Source: Dehalococcoidia bacterium (GTDB lineage Bacteria > Chloroflexota > Dehalococcoidia > Lucifugimonadales > UBA3495). Taken from it: a stretch of DNA of 64,000 bases. The stretch lies in the NCBI GenBank assembly GCA_034428715.1, contig DAOUHE010000022.1, forward strand, positions 15,290 to 79,289. The letters are read 5' to 3'. The notes under the pieces were generated by a model. The model saw only the letters and a list, made by a program, of their open reading frames with translations, was not told the DNA's origin and did no database searches. How positions within the stretch are numbered: the stretch's first letter is position 1; every line of letters starts with the position of its first letter. This document shows positions 1 to 9,630 of the stretch, one piece after another. The position numbers and the translations under genes are program-made.

Positions 1-262
1 GGGGCAGAGGCATCCGGAAGTCCTCTCTGGAAGCGCCCAACTGGTCATCCGCCAACATCCCAACGATGGTTGGCAGATCAGATTCCACGGCTAGTCTATA
101 ATCCAATCGGCTTTTCATTTTGCCAAACCGTTATTTATCGGATTCCAATCGAAGCAACCCATCGCCCCGGCAGGTGGGTTTCCGATGCTCGCGCCATTTG
201 GCCAGGCTATACTATACTGCCAGCGCCACATTGCCGGGAACTATAGATTTTAGAGGGATGAC

Positions 263-1090
263 ATGCCAGATCTGGGAAACAGGTTAGAGGGTAAAGTAGC
301 CGTGGTCACCGGGGCCGGAGCCACCAGCAGCGGTGATTTCGTTGGGATTGGACAGGCCATCTCCATCCTTTTCGCCAGGCAGGGCGCCAAAGTCCTACTG
401 GTGGACCGGGACGAAAAGAACGCCGAGACCACTCTGGCCAACATCAATGAAGAGGGGGGCGAGGCATCGGTCCTGGTGGGAGATGTCACCAGCGCCGCCG
501 ACTGCCAGAAAATGGCTCTGGCCGCCGTGTCCCGTTATGGCAGGCTAAACGTATTGGTCAATAACGTTGGTATCAGCGGGCCCGGTTCGGTCACCGACGT
601 GGAAGAGGAATTCTGGGATACCGTCATCGACGTAAACCTTAAAAGCGTCATGCTCACCAGAAAATACGCCATCCCCCGCATGATAGAAGACGGCGGAGGA
701 TCAATCATCAACCTGTCGTCCATTGTCGGGTTGCGGGCTGGGAGCGGCCGGCCCAGCCATCCCTACGCCGCCTCCAAAGGGGGGATCATCGGCCTTAGCA
801 ATTCCATGGCGGTGCATTACGGGCGGGACAACATCAGGGTCAATTGCATCGCGCCGGGACACATCCGCAGCCCCATGGTGGCGCGCCATTCCAGCGATGA
901 GATGCTGGAACTGCGGCGCCGGGCGGGGCCTTTGGGCACCGATGGCACCCCTTGGGACGTGGCCTGGGCGGTGGCCTTCCTGGCCTCGGAGGAATCCCGA
1001 TGGATCTCCGGCGTCACCCTGCCGGTGGATGCCGGATTATTGGCCGCCACTCCGCTAGCCATGTATCCTCACCTGAAGGACCCTGAATGA
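263..1090 (+). CDS. SDR family NAD(P)-dependent oxidoreductase
   Basis: 275-aa ORF. Rossmann motif VTGAGATSSG..GIG near the N-terminus, an NNVG segment and catalytic YAASK (Y-x3-K). GAGGGA Shine-Dalgarno (SD) just upstream of the ATG. Confidence 0.85.
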   Translation: MPDLGNRLEGKVAVVTGAGATSSGDFVGIGQAISILFARQGAKVLLVDRDEKNAETTLANINEEGGEASVLVGDVTSAADCQKMALAAVSRYGRLNVLVNNVGISGPGSVTDVEEEFWDTVIDVNLKSVMLTRKYAIPRMIEDGGGSIINLSSIVGLRAGSGRPSHPYAASKGGIIGLSNSMAVHYGRDNIRVNCIAPGHIRSPMVARHSSDEMLELRRRAGPLGTDGTPWDVAWAVAFLASEESRWISGVTLPVDAGLLAATPLAMYPHLKDPE

Positions 1091-1214
1091 TCTTGAGACA
1101 CGGATAAATGCGGCGTTCCTGCGCTAATGCCGCCGCGGCCTGTTCGATGGACAACCAGGCCGTGCCAAGCTAATATTCTGGTTCATATCTCGCGCTAACC
1201 CACGGAGGTGATTC

Positions 1215-1901
1215 TTGTACAAGACGATCAGCCCGGCCACCCTTAAGGCCTTGCAAGGGATAGACGGCCCTAGCATCTGCAATGCCATCGAAGGATTCAA
1301 CTTCCGGCCCAAAAATGAGGGGTTCATGATGCCGGAGATACAGACGGCGTTCCGCGATTTCCCTCCGGTGGTAGGATACGCCGTCACCGGTGTGATCAGC
1401 GCCAACGCTCCCGAGGGCCGCAACGTGGCCAGGGAGGAATGGTGGGACTTGATCGCCTCGGTTCCCGAACCCAGGTTCATCGTTCTCCATGACATCGACA
1501 ATCCGCCCATCGGCGCCTACTGGGGTGAAGTGCAGGGCAATATCCACAAAGCCCTGGGAGCAGTGGCCGTCGCCACCGACGGCACCGTCAGGGACTTGGA
1601 CGAGGTTCACGAATTGGGGTTCCAATTCTTCGCCAAGCACGTATCCGTTTCCCATGCCTATGTGCACTTGGTTGAGATTGACATACCCGTCACCGTGGGC
1701 GGCCTCACCGTTGCCACCGGCGACCTGATCCACGGCGACAAACACGGCGTGACCCACATTCCGTTTGAGCTAGCCGATAAGATTCCCGACATGGTGCAAA
1801 CCATCGCCGACTACGAGAAGAAAACCATCGACGTGTGTCAATCGCCTTCCTTCTCAATGGAAAAATTGAAAGAAGTGGCCAAGATCACCCGGCCTTACTA
1901 G
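1215..1901 (+). CDS. RraA family protein (RraA / HMG-aldolase-like)
   Basis: 228-aa ORF with a TTG start shortly after GGAGGTG. Segments such as GAYWGEV and ATDGTVRDLDE recall the RraA/4-hydroxy-4-methyl-2-oxoglutarate aldolase-like fold. Family call is from memory, not searched. Confidence 0.7.
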   Translation: MYKTISPATLKALQGIDGPSICNAIEGFNFRPKNEGFMMPEIQTAFRDFPPVVGYAVTGVISANAPEGRNVAREEWWDLIASVPEPRFIVLHDIDNPPIGAYWGEVQGNIHKALGAVAVATDGTVRDLDEVHELGFQFFAKHVSVSHAYVHLVEIDIPVTVGGLTVATGDLIHGDKHGVTHIPFELADKIPDMVQTIADYEKKTIDVCQSPSFSMEKLKEVAKITRPY

Positions 1902-1947
1902 GCGGGCTTATCCACATATCGTAAGGATCCCGGATCGACTAAGCCGC

Positions 1948-1985
1948 CTCCCTTTGCAAAGGGGATTGGGGGGATGTCCCCCAAC
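1948..1985. repeat. GC-rich palindromic intergenic element, copy 1 (CCCTTTGCAAAGGGG core plus TTGGGGG-n5-CCCCCAA hairpin)
   Basis: Shares the string CCCTTTGCAAAGGGG(A/G)TTGGGGGGAT with the perfect palindrome at 13325-13364. Lies between convergent gene ends. Confidence 0.6.
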
Positions 1986-1997
1986 GCCGGGCCCCAC

Positions 1998-2300
1998 CTA
2001 GTCGCTTGGCAACCCGCCTACCGCCTCATCCAATGTGATCACCGGATAGAATGTCGCCGTGTTCCAAACCGCCAGGCCCAAATCGACGTTGGCGTCGTCC
2101 ACGGCATGGGCGTTGGGTGCGTCGATCACTATGAATGTCATATGGGCCGACTTGCTTACCCATCCCCCATGAAAGGTACAACCGTGGCTGTTCAGGACAT
2201 CGGTCATGGTGGCGGACATGGTGACCACCCGGTCTCGGATCTCGGTGGCGACTCCGGGGCACTGCTGCGGGGTGTGGCTCAACGACATCATGTACAACAT
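1998..2300 (-). CDS. hypothetical small protein (100 aa)
   Basis: Only the last 100 codons of the 244-aa minus ORF look coding: the ATG at 2300 is preceded by GGAGAG. Weak resemblance to small DUF3303-type proteins; no confident family. Confidence 0.45.
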   Translation of the reverse strand: MLYMMSLSHTPQQCPGVATEIRDRVVTMSATMTDVLNSHGCTFHGGWVSKSAHMTFIVIDAPNAHAVDDANVDLGLAVWNTATFYPVITLDEAVGGLPSD

Positions 2301-2418
2301 TGCATCTCTCTCCTGATTTGGTAATCTGTGGACAAACAAGCACGGATTATATACCGTGGTAGCCTCTGAGAGGGTGTTATATAACCTACACCTAAAATCA
2401 TAAACAAGGGAGAAAGTC

Positions 2419-2775
2419 ATGCGAAGGATTAGAATATCCGAGGTGGAAGTCGTCCCCATCGACACGGCAACGCCGATTCCCGGTTGGACCGGAGGCGCGG
2501 TGCGCCGCACCCGGCAGAACCTGCTTCCCGAGGGCGCCAGCAAGAATTTCAGCAGCAGCGTGGTGAATTTTGAACTGGGAGCCACCACCGGCTGGCACAG
2601 GCACACCAGCGACCAGATCTTGGTCATAACCGCCGGGGCCGGGATAGTGGCCAACGAGCATGAAGAGGTTGAAGTGGTGGTGGGCGACGTGGTGCATATC
2701 CTGGAAGGGGAAAACCATTGGCACGGGGCCAAAAAAGAATCTTACATGTCCCACATCACCATTACGGCGGTATAG
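2419..2775 (+). CDS. cupin domain protein
   Basis: 118-aa ORF with an AGGGAG SD. Two-motif cupin signature (GWHRHTSDQILVITAG ... GDVVHILEGENHWHGA). Confidence 0.75.
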   Translation: MRRIRISEVEVVPIDTATPIPGWTGGAVRRTRQNLLPEGASKNFSSSVVNFELGATTGWHRHTSDQILVITAGAGIVANEHEEVEVVVGDVVHILEGENHWHGAKKESYMSHITITAV

Positions 2776-2830
2776 GCCAACCCTTTCACGAACATTTACC
2801 GGCCACACGCGATCATTGGGAGGCCAACTT

Positions 2831-3172
2831 ATGGCTATTTACCGGTTGTATTCCGGCGGCGACGGCGAGTCCCACATCGAGGAACTGGACCTGGCTTCAC
2901 ATCCGGAGCTGACCTCCGCCCAGGCGACGACCGATATAACCTTTCGGGAATCGCCTCCCGGCAGGTTTAGCGATTGGCATACGGCGCCCCGCCGCCAGTA
3001 CATCATCACCGTCTCCGGCCGTTCTGAGATCGGCCTGGGCGACGGGACCATCGTTCATTATGGGCCGGGTGACGCCCGCCTGGTGGAAGACACCACCGGC
3101 CGCGGCCACACCACCCGCGCCGTGGGAACCGAGCCGGTGGTCACCTGTGTAATCCCGCTGGCGGGGCAATAA
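2831..3172 (+). CDS. cupin-like hypothetical protein
   Basis: ATG at 2831 preceded by GGGAGG; 113 aa. Beta-rich core YIITVSGRSEIGLGDG..GPGDARLVED..GRGH. The longer 170-aa start at 2660 overlaps the previous gene and is discounted. Confidence 0.55.
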   Translation: MAIYRLYSGGDGESHIEELDLASHPELTSAQATTDITFRESPPGRFSDWHTAPRRQYIITVSGRSEIGLGDGTIVHYGPGDARLVEDTTGRGHTTRAVGTEPVVTCVIPLAGQ

Positions 3173-3220
3173 TACTCCCGGTTCCCAGTCATGCCCGCCG
3201 TTAATAGTGAATGCCCGCCG

Positions 3221-3778
3221 TTAAACTGGCAGTGGCGTTTCGGCCGGTTGGTCCGGCAACTCGACGCCAAAGGCGTTTACGTTGAAGGCCAGCATGGCGT
3301 AGCAGCCCAACAGGTTGGTCAGTTCAGTGAGACCTAGTACGCCAAACTGGGCCAGCGCGGCATCAAAATTGGCCTGAGTCACCCGGTGGGTACGGAAGAA
3401 GTCCCTTCCGTAGTTCACCACCGCCGCTTCATCCGGCGCCAGGCTGGGAAGGTCTTGTTTGTCCCGCAGGGCATCGACTATCTCACCCTTTAGACCGGCG
3501 CGGCGGGCCGCCGGAGCATGGGCGTTCCAGATGAACTGGCAGTCGTTCTCCCGTGCCGCCAAACACATACCCAACTCCCTGATGCGGGGTTCCAGAGAAG
3601 TCTCGGTCCGCAAAAACAGAGCCAGGCCCAGGGCGCGTTTCGCCACCTCGGGAGCGTTTAGCATGACGGAACCGGGACCGCCGGTTGGCACCTCTCCCCG
3701 GTCTTGGATCAATTCGTCGAAGGCTGCCCTCTGGTTCTCAGGGATGTTATCTCGGTTCAACGCAGGTACCCGGGCCAT
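3221..3778 (-). CDS. carboxymuconolactone decarboxylase (AhpD-like) family protein
   Basis: CMD/AhpD-like segment ARENDCQFIWNAHAPAARRAGL. I prefer the third in-frame ATG (3778) because GGAGGA lies about 5 nt upstream. The longest ORF would start at 3841. Confidence 0.7.
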   Translation of the reverse strand: MARVPALNRDNIPENQRAAFDELIQDRGEVPTGGPGSVMLNAPEVAKRALGLALFLRTETSLEPRIRELGMCLAARENDCQFIWNAHAPAARRAGLKGEIVDALRDKQDLPSLAPDEAAVVNYGRDFFRTHRVTQANFDAALAQFGVLGLTELTNLLGCYAMLAFNVNAFGVELPDQPAETPLPV

Positions 3779-3985
3779 AAGATCCTCCATGCTTTGACCG
3801 ATTTGATTTGGGAACGCCGGATGAGGGCCAGTATACGCCATGGCGCCAAGAGCGGCTTACCATATGCTAGCCCGCCCGCGTGTCCGGTACGGACGATTGC
3901 CGGTGCACCAGCCGTCGTGTAGAATTCCCCACTAGTAAAATCACTTTTTTGAGAATACTTTAACCGTTCTTTAGGAGGCGCCCAA

Positions 3986-4804
3986 ATGGATCTGGGATTG
4001 AAGGGAAAACATGCGCTGGTGGCCGGCGCCAGCCGGGGCATCGGCAAAGCCATTGCCCGTGATCTGGCTCAAGAAGGGGTTGACGTGGTCATCGTCTCCC
4101 GCACCTTCGCCGATCTCGAACAGACGGCTAAGGAACTGGAGGACGAAACCGGATCAAAGGTCATCCCATTGGCCCTGGACGTGACATCTACCGACCAGGT
4201 GAACCGGGTCGTGGCCGAGGCGTCTGAGAAGTTGGGCGGCCTGCACATACTGGTCAACAGCGCTTCGCTCCCGGGTGGCTCCGCCTCGGCGGTGGGTCCC
4301 ATCGAAACCGTAAACGAAGATGACCTGATGAGCGACTTCGACGTTAAGTATGTGGGAGCTTTGCGATGCGCCAGGGCCGCCATTCCCTTCATGAAAGAAC
4401 AGGGTTGGGGCCGCATCATCAATATCAGCGGCGGCAACGCCCGAAACGCCGGTAACCTCAGCGGCGGGGCGCGCAACGTCTCAATGGTGCACCTGACCAA
4501 GACCCTGTCCAACCAGGTGGGCCGGTTCGGCATAACCGTCAACTGTATCCATCCGGGCACCACGCGAACCGAACGCACGCCCAGTTTGTTGGCCGCCCGG
4601 GCCGCCCAGCTGGGCGTATCGCCCGAGGAAGCCGAGCAGCAAGACTTCGCCCCCGGCTCCGGGCGGGGCAACGCCATTTGCCGAATGGTAGATGCCTCGG
4701 AAATAGCTTATTTGACCACCTTCCTGGCTTCGGACAAGGCATGGGCCATCACTGGTGAGCTCATCGCCGCCAACGGAGGAGTGGGCAACAGCGTCTATTA
4801 CTGA
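3986..4804 (+). CDS. SDR family oxidoreductase
   Basis: 272-aa ORF with a TAGGAGG SD and cofactor motif GASRGIGKAIA. Classical SDR length. Confidence 0.85.
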   Translation: MDLGLKGKHALVAGASRGIGKAIARDLAQEGVDVVIVSRTFADLEQTAKELEDETGSKVIPLALDVTSTDQVNRVVAEASEKLGGLHILVNSASLPGGSASAVGPIETVNEDDLMSDFDVKYVGALRCARAAIPFMKEQGWGRIINISGGNARNAGNLSGGARNVSMVHLTKTLSNQVGRFGITVNCIHPGTTRTERTPSLLAARAAQLGVSPEEAEQQDFAPGSGRGNAICRMVDASEIAYLTTFLASDKAWAITGELIAANGGVGNSVYY

Positions 4805-5093
4805 ATCGGGCCAGGAGGCTGTTGTCTCGGCTTACCGAGGTGTCGGTAATCAGGGAAATGCTGGCCGGTATGCTAGAGCCCACGGAAAAACCGCCAGGTA
4901 CGCTGTCGCCGGGTTTGGAGGTCCCAACGTGGCCGTGGTGTATATCGGGCGTTAAGCCAGGGGCCCAGGTTGCGCCGAGGCGAAAGAAATCAAGTGGTTG
5001 TAGACCGTTCTCATTCCCGTACTAATAATGGGCCGGCTGCTCCACCCTAAACGGTGACGGCCTGAATCAAAAATGCCAGGAGGTGAACATGCC

Positions 5094-5549
5094 ATGCAGG
5101 CCACTGGAGTTTCCCACATCGCCATTTGCGTCCGGGATATGGATACATCCCTGGCTTTTTACCGGGACCAATTGGGTATGACGGTCACCATAGACCACGA
5201 CACCGACCCCACCGAGGGCGGACGTGCCCATAACTATAAGCACCAGCGCAAGACCCGCAGGCGGGTGAGCATCGGCTACCCTGGAGACAACGTCCCCGCC
5301 CTCACATTGACCAGCCATCCTGGGGAAGCGCCCGATGGCGAGCCTATCAAACTGGACCAGGTGGGCATAACGCACCTTGCTTTCATCATGCCAGACCTGA
5401 AAATGTTCACCGAAGCCATCCTCGCCAAGGGCGTTGAGCTGGCCGGACCCCGGGAGGCCTTTTTCGATACCCAGGGGAACGTTCGCAACATCTACGTGAA
5501 AGACCCCGACGGCATTCTCATCCAGTTCAGCTCCGGTGGCGGCGGATGA
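5094..5549 (+). CDS. VOC (glyoxalase/bleomycin-resistance/dioxygenase) family protein
   Basis: In-frame ATG at 5094 follows AGGAGG (5078-5083). VOC-type halves (VSHIAICVRDMDTSLAFY and ITHLAF). The longest ORF starts at 5073. Confidence 0.75.
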   Translation: MQATGVSHIAICVRDMDTSLAFYRDQLGMTVTIDHDTDPTEGGRAHNYKHQRKTRRRVSIGYPGDNVPALTLTSHPGEAPDGEPIKLDQVGITHLAFIMPDLKMFTEAILAKGVELAGPREAFFDTQGNVRNIYVKDPDGILIQFSSGGGG

Positions 5550-5784
5550 AAAATCCCTGCCAGCGGATGCCGGGTCATTAGATTCTTACGGCAAGTTGAA
5601 TTTTTTCCGTATGCCGTGAGCTAGTCGAAGGGCGGAGAGGTAGTTCGGAGAACTCATCACAAACGGGAGTTAGCTGCCCAACTCAAATAATCGAAAAACC
5701 CTTGGCGGATGCCTTTCCGGTTGCTGCCGCCATGCCGGTCTGCTACCCTTAGGCCTGCCGACAGAGCGGGGTTGAAGACGCATT

Positions 5785-6540
5785 ATGACCCAAGGCCCGG
5801 TAACCAGGGCTTCTCTTTTCGCCACCTGCATCGTAGACCAGATGTTTCCCCAAGTGGGGGTCAGCACGGTGCGGGTTCTAAGGCATCTGGGCGTGGAGGT
5901 CGATTTCCCCCCGGACCAGACCTGTTGCGGCCAGCCTTTGTTCAATTCCGGCTTCAACCAGCAGGCGAGGAGATTGGCCACCAGAGTCCTAGACAGCTTC
6001 GAAGACAGCCGGTTCGTGGTTGTCCCTTCGGGTTCGTGCGCCGCCATGATGAAGGTTTTTTACCTGGACCTGTTTCAAGACCAGCCGGATCAGCTACGGC
6101 GGGCGGAACAAATGGCGCCCAAGGTTTATGAGTTCTCCCAGTTTTTGGTCCAAGTCCTGGGCGCTGCCGATATTGGCGGCCGTTATTCTAGCACGGCCGT
6201 CTACCATCCCAGTTGCCATCTGATGCGGGAGATGAACGTCAGACGCGAGCCCCGCGAGCTTATGAACCACGTCGCTGGCCTGCAAATCGACGACCTTCCG
6301 CAGGCCGAAACCTGCTGCGGTTTCGGCGGCACATTTTCAATAAAATACCCCCACATTTCGGAGGGCATGCTGGTCGACAAGGTAGATAATATCGCGGCCA
6401 GCGGAGCGGAGACCCTGGTGTCGTGTGACATGGGGTGCCTGATGCATATCGAAGGCGCCCTTCGCCGCCGGGGGATAGATGTGCAAACCCGGCATTTGGC
6501 GCAGATTTTAGATCCCACAAAACCCGGACCAGGATCATAA
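5785..6540 (+). CDS. lutA: lactate utilization protein A, cysteine-rich (CCG) Fe-S oxidoreductase
   Basis: 251 aa. Two CCG-type cysteine motifs (DQTCCGQP and AETCCGFGG) and the typical LutA N-terminus LFATCIVDQ. First gene of a lutABC arrangement. Confidence 0.85.
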   Translation: MTQGPVTRASLFATCIVDQMFPQVGVSTVRVLRHLGVEVDFPPDQTCCGQPLFNSGFNQQARRLATRVLDSFEDSRFVVVPSGSCAAMMKVFYLDLFQDQPDQLRRAEQMAPKVYEFSQFLVQVLGAADIGGRYSSTAVYHPSCHLMREMNVRREPRELMNHVAGLQIDDLPQAETCCGFGGTFSIKYPHISEGMLVDKVDNIAASGAETLVSCDMGCLMHIEGALRRRGIDVQTRHLAQILDPTKPGPGS

Positions 6541-6543
6541 CCA

Positions 6544-8025
6544 GTGGCCGACATCAAAACCCAAGATTTCTTCGCCGCCTCAGCGGTTTCGATCCAGGAC
6601 CCCATCTTGAGACAGGCCCTTATCAAGGTGGGTACAGGATTTGATGGCGCCCGGTTGGCGGCCATCGAAGACGTGACTCCCAACCGTTGGGACGAGTGGC
6701 GGGAGGAAGCGCGCCGGATAAAAATCCACACCCTAGAGCACCTGGATTATTACCTGGATCTATTGGAGCGAAACGTGGCCAAAGCAGGCGGTCAGGTCCA
6801 CTTCGCCGCCGACGCAACCCAGGCCAACGACATAGTCGCGTCTATTGCACGAGACGGCGGCGTGAAGATCGTCACCAAGGGAAAGTCCATGGTGTCCGAG
6901 GAGCTTTCCTTAAATCCGGTCTTGGAATCTATGGGTGTCGAGGTTTTCGAAACCGACCTGGGCGAATACATCATCCAGCTGGCCGGGGAAACTCCTTCCC
7001 ATTTGGTGGCGCCAGCCTTGCACAAGACCAAGGAACAGGTAGCGCAACTGTTCAGCGAAAAGTTGGGTCTGCCCCCGCCGGAGACAATAGAAGACATGGC
7101 CAAGGCCGCCCGGGAGGTATTGCGTGGGAAATTCCTGCAGGCGGAGATGGGCATCAGCGGAGCCAACTTTTTGGTGGCGGAAACCGGCACACTGGTGATC
7201 ATCACCAACGAGGGCAACGGCCGCATGTGCACCTCCGCCCCGCGCATCCACGTCGGCATAACCGGTATGGAAAAGGTCATACCTTCATTGCAAGACCTGG
7301 CGGTATTCCTGCGCCTGCTTCCCCGGTCGGCCACCGGCCAGCGCATCACCAGCTATGTGACCATGGTAACCGGACCCCGGCGGGAAACCGATGAAGACGG
7401 CCCGGAAGAGTTCCACTTGGTGATAGTGGACAACGGGCGTTCCAAAATGCTGGCCGACCCGGAACTCAGAGAGGCTTTGTATTGCATCCGCTGCGGAGCC
7501 TGTTTGAATATTTGCCCAGTATATAAAAAGGTGGGCGGCCACGCCTACGGGTGGGTGTACCCCGGGCCCATAGGCGCCGTGGTCTCACCGTCTCTGGTTG
7601 GCTTGAAACAAGCAAAGGACCTACCCCAGGCATCCAGCCTCTGCGGCGCCTGCCGTGAGGTCTGCCCCGTCAAGATCAATATACCCCGCATGTTGCTCCA
7701 CCTGCGAAACGATCTGGCCGAAAGCCCCGATGTTACAAAGAATGCAGCCACGCCGGCCGCCCGGCTCATGGCATGGGGTTATGCCCGGCTGATGAGCAGC
7801 CCGCCGTTGCTATCCCTGGCCCATCGATTGGCGCGTTCTCTTCAGCGGCCAATCCTGATGCTGCCGTTTTCGCCGCTGACAAGAAGCGGCGGGGGCATTG
7901 GCCGCGCCCGGTTGCCATTCTTGTCCCGGTGGACCCGGTCCAAGGACCTCCCCCTGCTGCCACCTCGCACCTTCCACGAGATATGGCGACAAGAGTTAAG
8001 CCAGACCGCTGGAGGAGATTCCTAG
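6544..8025 (+). CDS. lutB: lactate utilization protein B, 4Fe-4S cluster-binding
   Basis: 493 aa with a GTG start 3 nt after the lutA stop. Ferredoxin-type motifs CIRCGACLNICP and CGACREVCP, plus an N-terminal LUD-type domain. Confidence 0.85.
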   Translation: MADIKTQDFFAASAVSIQDPILRQALIKVGTGFDGARLAAIEDVTPNRWDEWREEARRIKIHTLEHLDYYLDLLERNVAKAGGQVHFAADATQANDIVASIARDGGVKIVTKGKSMVSEELSLNPVLESMGVEVFETDLGEYIIQLAGETPSHLVAPALHKTKEQVAQLFSEKLGLPPPETIEDMAKAAREVLRGKFLQAEMGISGANFLVAETGTLVIITNEGNGRMCTSAPRIHVGITGMEKVIPSLQDLAVFLRLLPRSATGQRITSYVTMVTGPRRETDEDGPEEFHLVIVDNGRSKMLADPELREALYCIRCGACLNICPVYKKVGGHAYGWVYPGPIGAVVSPSLVGLKQAKDLPQASSLCGACREVCPVKINIPRMLLHLRNDLAESPDVTKNAATPAARLMAWGYARLMSSPPLLSLAHRLARSLQRPILMLPFSPLTRSGGGIGRARLPFLSRWTRSKDLPLLPPRTFHEIWRQELSQTAGGDS

Positions 8026-8026
8026 C

Positions 8027-8770
8027 GTGTCTCGATCTGCCGGGATAGGCAAAGAGGAATTCTTGGCCTCGGTCCGACGGGCGCTGGGCCGTTCAGGTGG
8101 TCCTCCGGCCAATGCCTACTCGCGGCTGAAAGAAACCATTCAAGATTTGGAAGACCAGGTGCGGGAGTTGCGCCGGCGGCTGGAAAGCCAGGGTACCCAA
8201 TTGTTGGATCAGCTGGCCAGGGTCGCTGAAATGCAGGGCTGGAAGGTCCACCGAGCTGACGATCCGGAAGACGTCATGGCTGCCGTGCTGGCCGTGGCAG
8301 ACTCTGTAGAGGCCCAGGCAGCCGTAAGAACCGGGCAAGACGTGTTCGATGAGATACCGCTGGACATAGGCGCCATGAATTGGGGATTGGCAGTTTCCGT
8401 CGCCACCCACAGTGAAGGGTTTGACCGCCGAGCGGTACGGGATAGCATCATAGAGGCCGATATAGGTGTCACCGGGGCCGACTACGCCGTGGCGGAAACC
8501 GGCTCGGTGGTGGTGGTGCCGCGTCAGGGTCTGGGCCGCCTGGTCTCCCTGGTACCGCCGGTGCATGTGGCCGTGGTCCGGCCCCAAGACGTCGTTGAAA
8601 CTTTGGACGACGTCTTTCTTTTGCGGCGGCTGGAATACCACATGAACGGCGGCGAGATGGGCAGCTATCTGAACTTCATCACCGGCCCCAGCCGCACCGC
8701 GGATATAGAACAAACCCTGGTGGTTGGCGTACACGGCCCCCGGGAAGCCCACATGATCCTTTTGGGTTAA
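8027..8770 (+). CDS. lutC: lactate utilization protein C (LUD domain)
   Basis: 247 aa with a GTG start 1 nt after the lutB stop. LUD/DUF162-like C-terminal half (ADIGVTGADYAVAETGSVVV). Confidence 0.8.
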   Translation: MSRSAGIGKEEFLASVRRALGRSGGPPANAYSRLKETIQDLEDQVRELRRRLESQGTQLLDQLARVAEMQGWKVHRADDPEDVMAAVLAVADSVEAQAAVRTGQDVFDEIPLDIGAMNWGLAVSVATHSEGFDRRAVRDSIIEADIGVTGADYAVAETGSVVVVPRQGLGRLVSLVPPVHVAVVRPQDVVETLDDVFLLRRLEYHMNGGEMGSYLNFITGPSRTADIEQTLVVGVHGPREAHMILLG

Positions 8771-8793
8771 GGGTCGAGCCTTAAGGTGAAAAC

Positions 8794-9135
8794 ATGCCGG
8801 TGAGAATAGGGTTCTCGGTGTTCCGCAAGGAAATGCTGGACCGGTCGTTGCAGCGCATCGAGGAGCTTTTGCCTATTCTGGGCGTGGAAAAGGTGATCTT
8901 GGTGGGCGACATGCTCACCGGGGACTTCACTCCGGAAAGCAGCATCGACCTTGTGGTGGTGCATGAGACCGACCGCCCCTTTGGCCGGCGCGCCGACTTC
9001 TTCTCCTATCACCTGGACACCGAAGTAGCCGTGGATACCCAAGTTTACACTCCCGAAGAGTTCGAAAGATTACAGGATACCCTTCCCGCCTTGCATCATG
9101 CTTGCCAGAACGGAAGGGTCATCTATGATGCTTGA
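8794..9135 (+). CDS. MNT-type nucleotidyltransferase domain protein (antitoxin-like)
   Basis: 113 aa. Pol-beta-type motif [22 protein letters not shown] and an AAGGTGA SD. The stop overlaps the next ORF start (TTGA). Confidence 0.7.
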   Translation: MPVRIGFSVFRKEMLDRSLQRIEELLPILGVEKVILVGDMLTGDFTPESSIDLVVVHETDRPFGRRADFFSYHLDTEVAVDTQVYTPEEFERLQDTLPALHHACQNGRVIYDA

Positions 9136-9554
9136 GGCGAGGACTAGATCCCATGCCTGATTTCATTGCCGAGGGCGCCCGTTGGTTGCGCCAGGCCCGC
9201 CAAGACCTTTTGGACGCCGATTTCGCCCGGGACGGAAGCCGGTTCAATCTGGCATGTTTCCTGGGCCAGCAGGCGGCCGAGAAGGCATTGAAAGGGTTCC
9301 TCTATCACCGGGGCGCTGAAGACGTTTGGAGCCACTCCCTCATCGACCTGTGCGAAGACGCCAAGCTCTTTGAGATGTTTTTCGACACCATCAAAAGCGA
9401 GGCCCGCCAACTGGACAAATACTACGAGATCACCCGCTACCCCTACCACCTGCCCGGCGGCATCCCATCGGAAGCCTTCGACAAGATCGACGCCGACCGG
9501 GCCATGGAGCTTTCCCAGTTGGTCGTCGATTTCGTGGGAGAGCGGCTGGATTGA
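9132..9554 (+). CDS. HEPN domain protein (toxin-like)
   Basis: 140 aa. HEPN-like helices ([29 protein letters not shown]). 4-nt overlap with the upstream MNT gene. Alternative ATG at 9153. Confidence 0.7.
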   Translation: MRRGLDPMPDFIAEGARWLRQARQDLLDADFARDGSRFNLACFLGQQAAEKALKGFLYHRGAEDVWSHSLIDLCEDAKLFEMFFDTIKSEARQLDKYYEITRYPYHLPGGIPSEAFDKIDADRAMELSQLVVDFVGERLD

Positions 9555-9630
9555 TGGTTTAATCCTTCAAATTGATCAAAAACCGAAAATGGTCGGGACA
9601 CAGCCGCTCATTCTACCGAGGGAGACTGAC

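Noticed and set aside
2301-2732. Upstream 144 codons of the 244-aa minus ORF (1998-2732)
   Set aside because: The translation is low complexity, it runs antisense through the cupin gene, and a good SD plus ATG exists at 2300.
4805-5072. 270-nt gap after the second SDR gene, examined for a riboswitch/sRNA or small ORFs (4755-4955, 4822-5025)
   Set aside because: No match to any riboswitch consensus I know, only a short CTCGG-ctta-CCGAG hairpin. The small ORFs lack an RBS and family resemblance.
9370-9630. N-terminal extension of the Tag-like ORF (238-aa version)
   Set aside because: It overlaps the HEPN gene in another frame and its translation is Pro/Ser/Thr-rich noise. The internal ATG at 9631 has a GAGGGAG SD.
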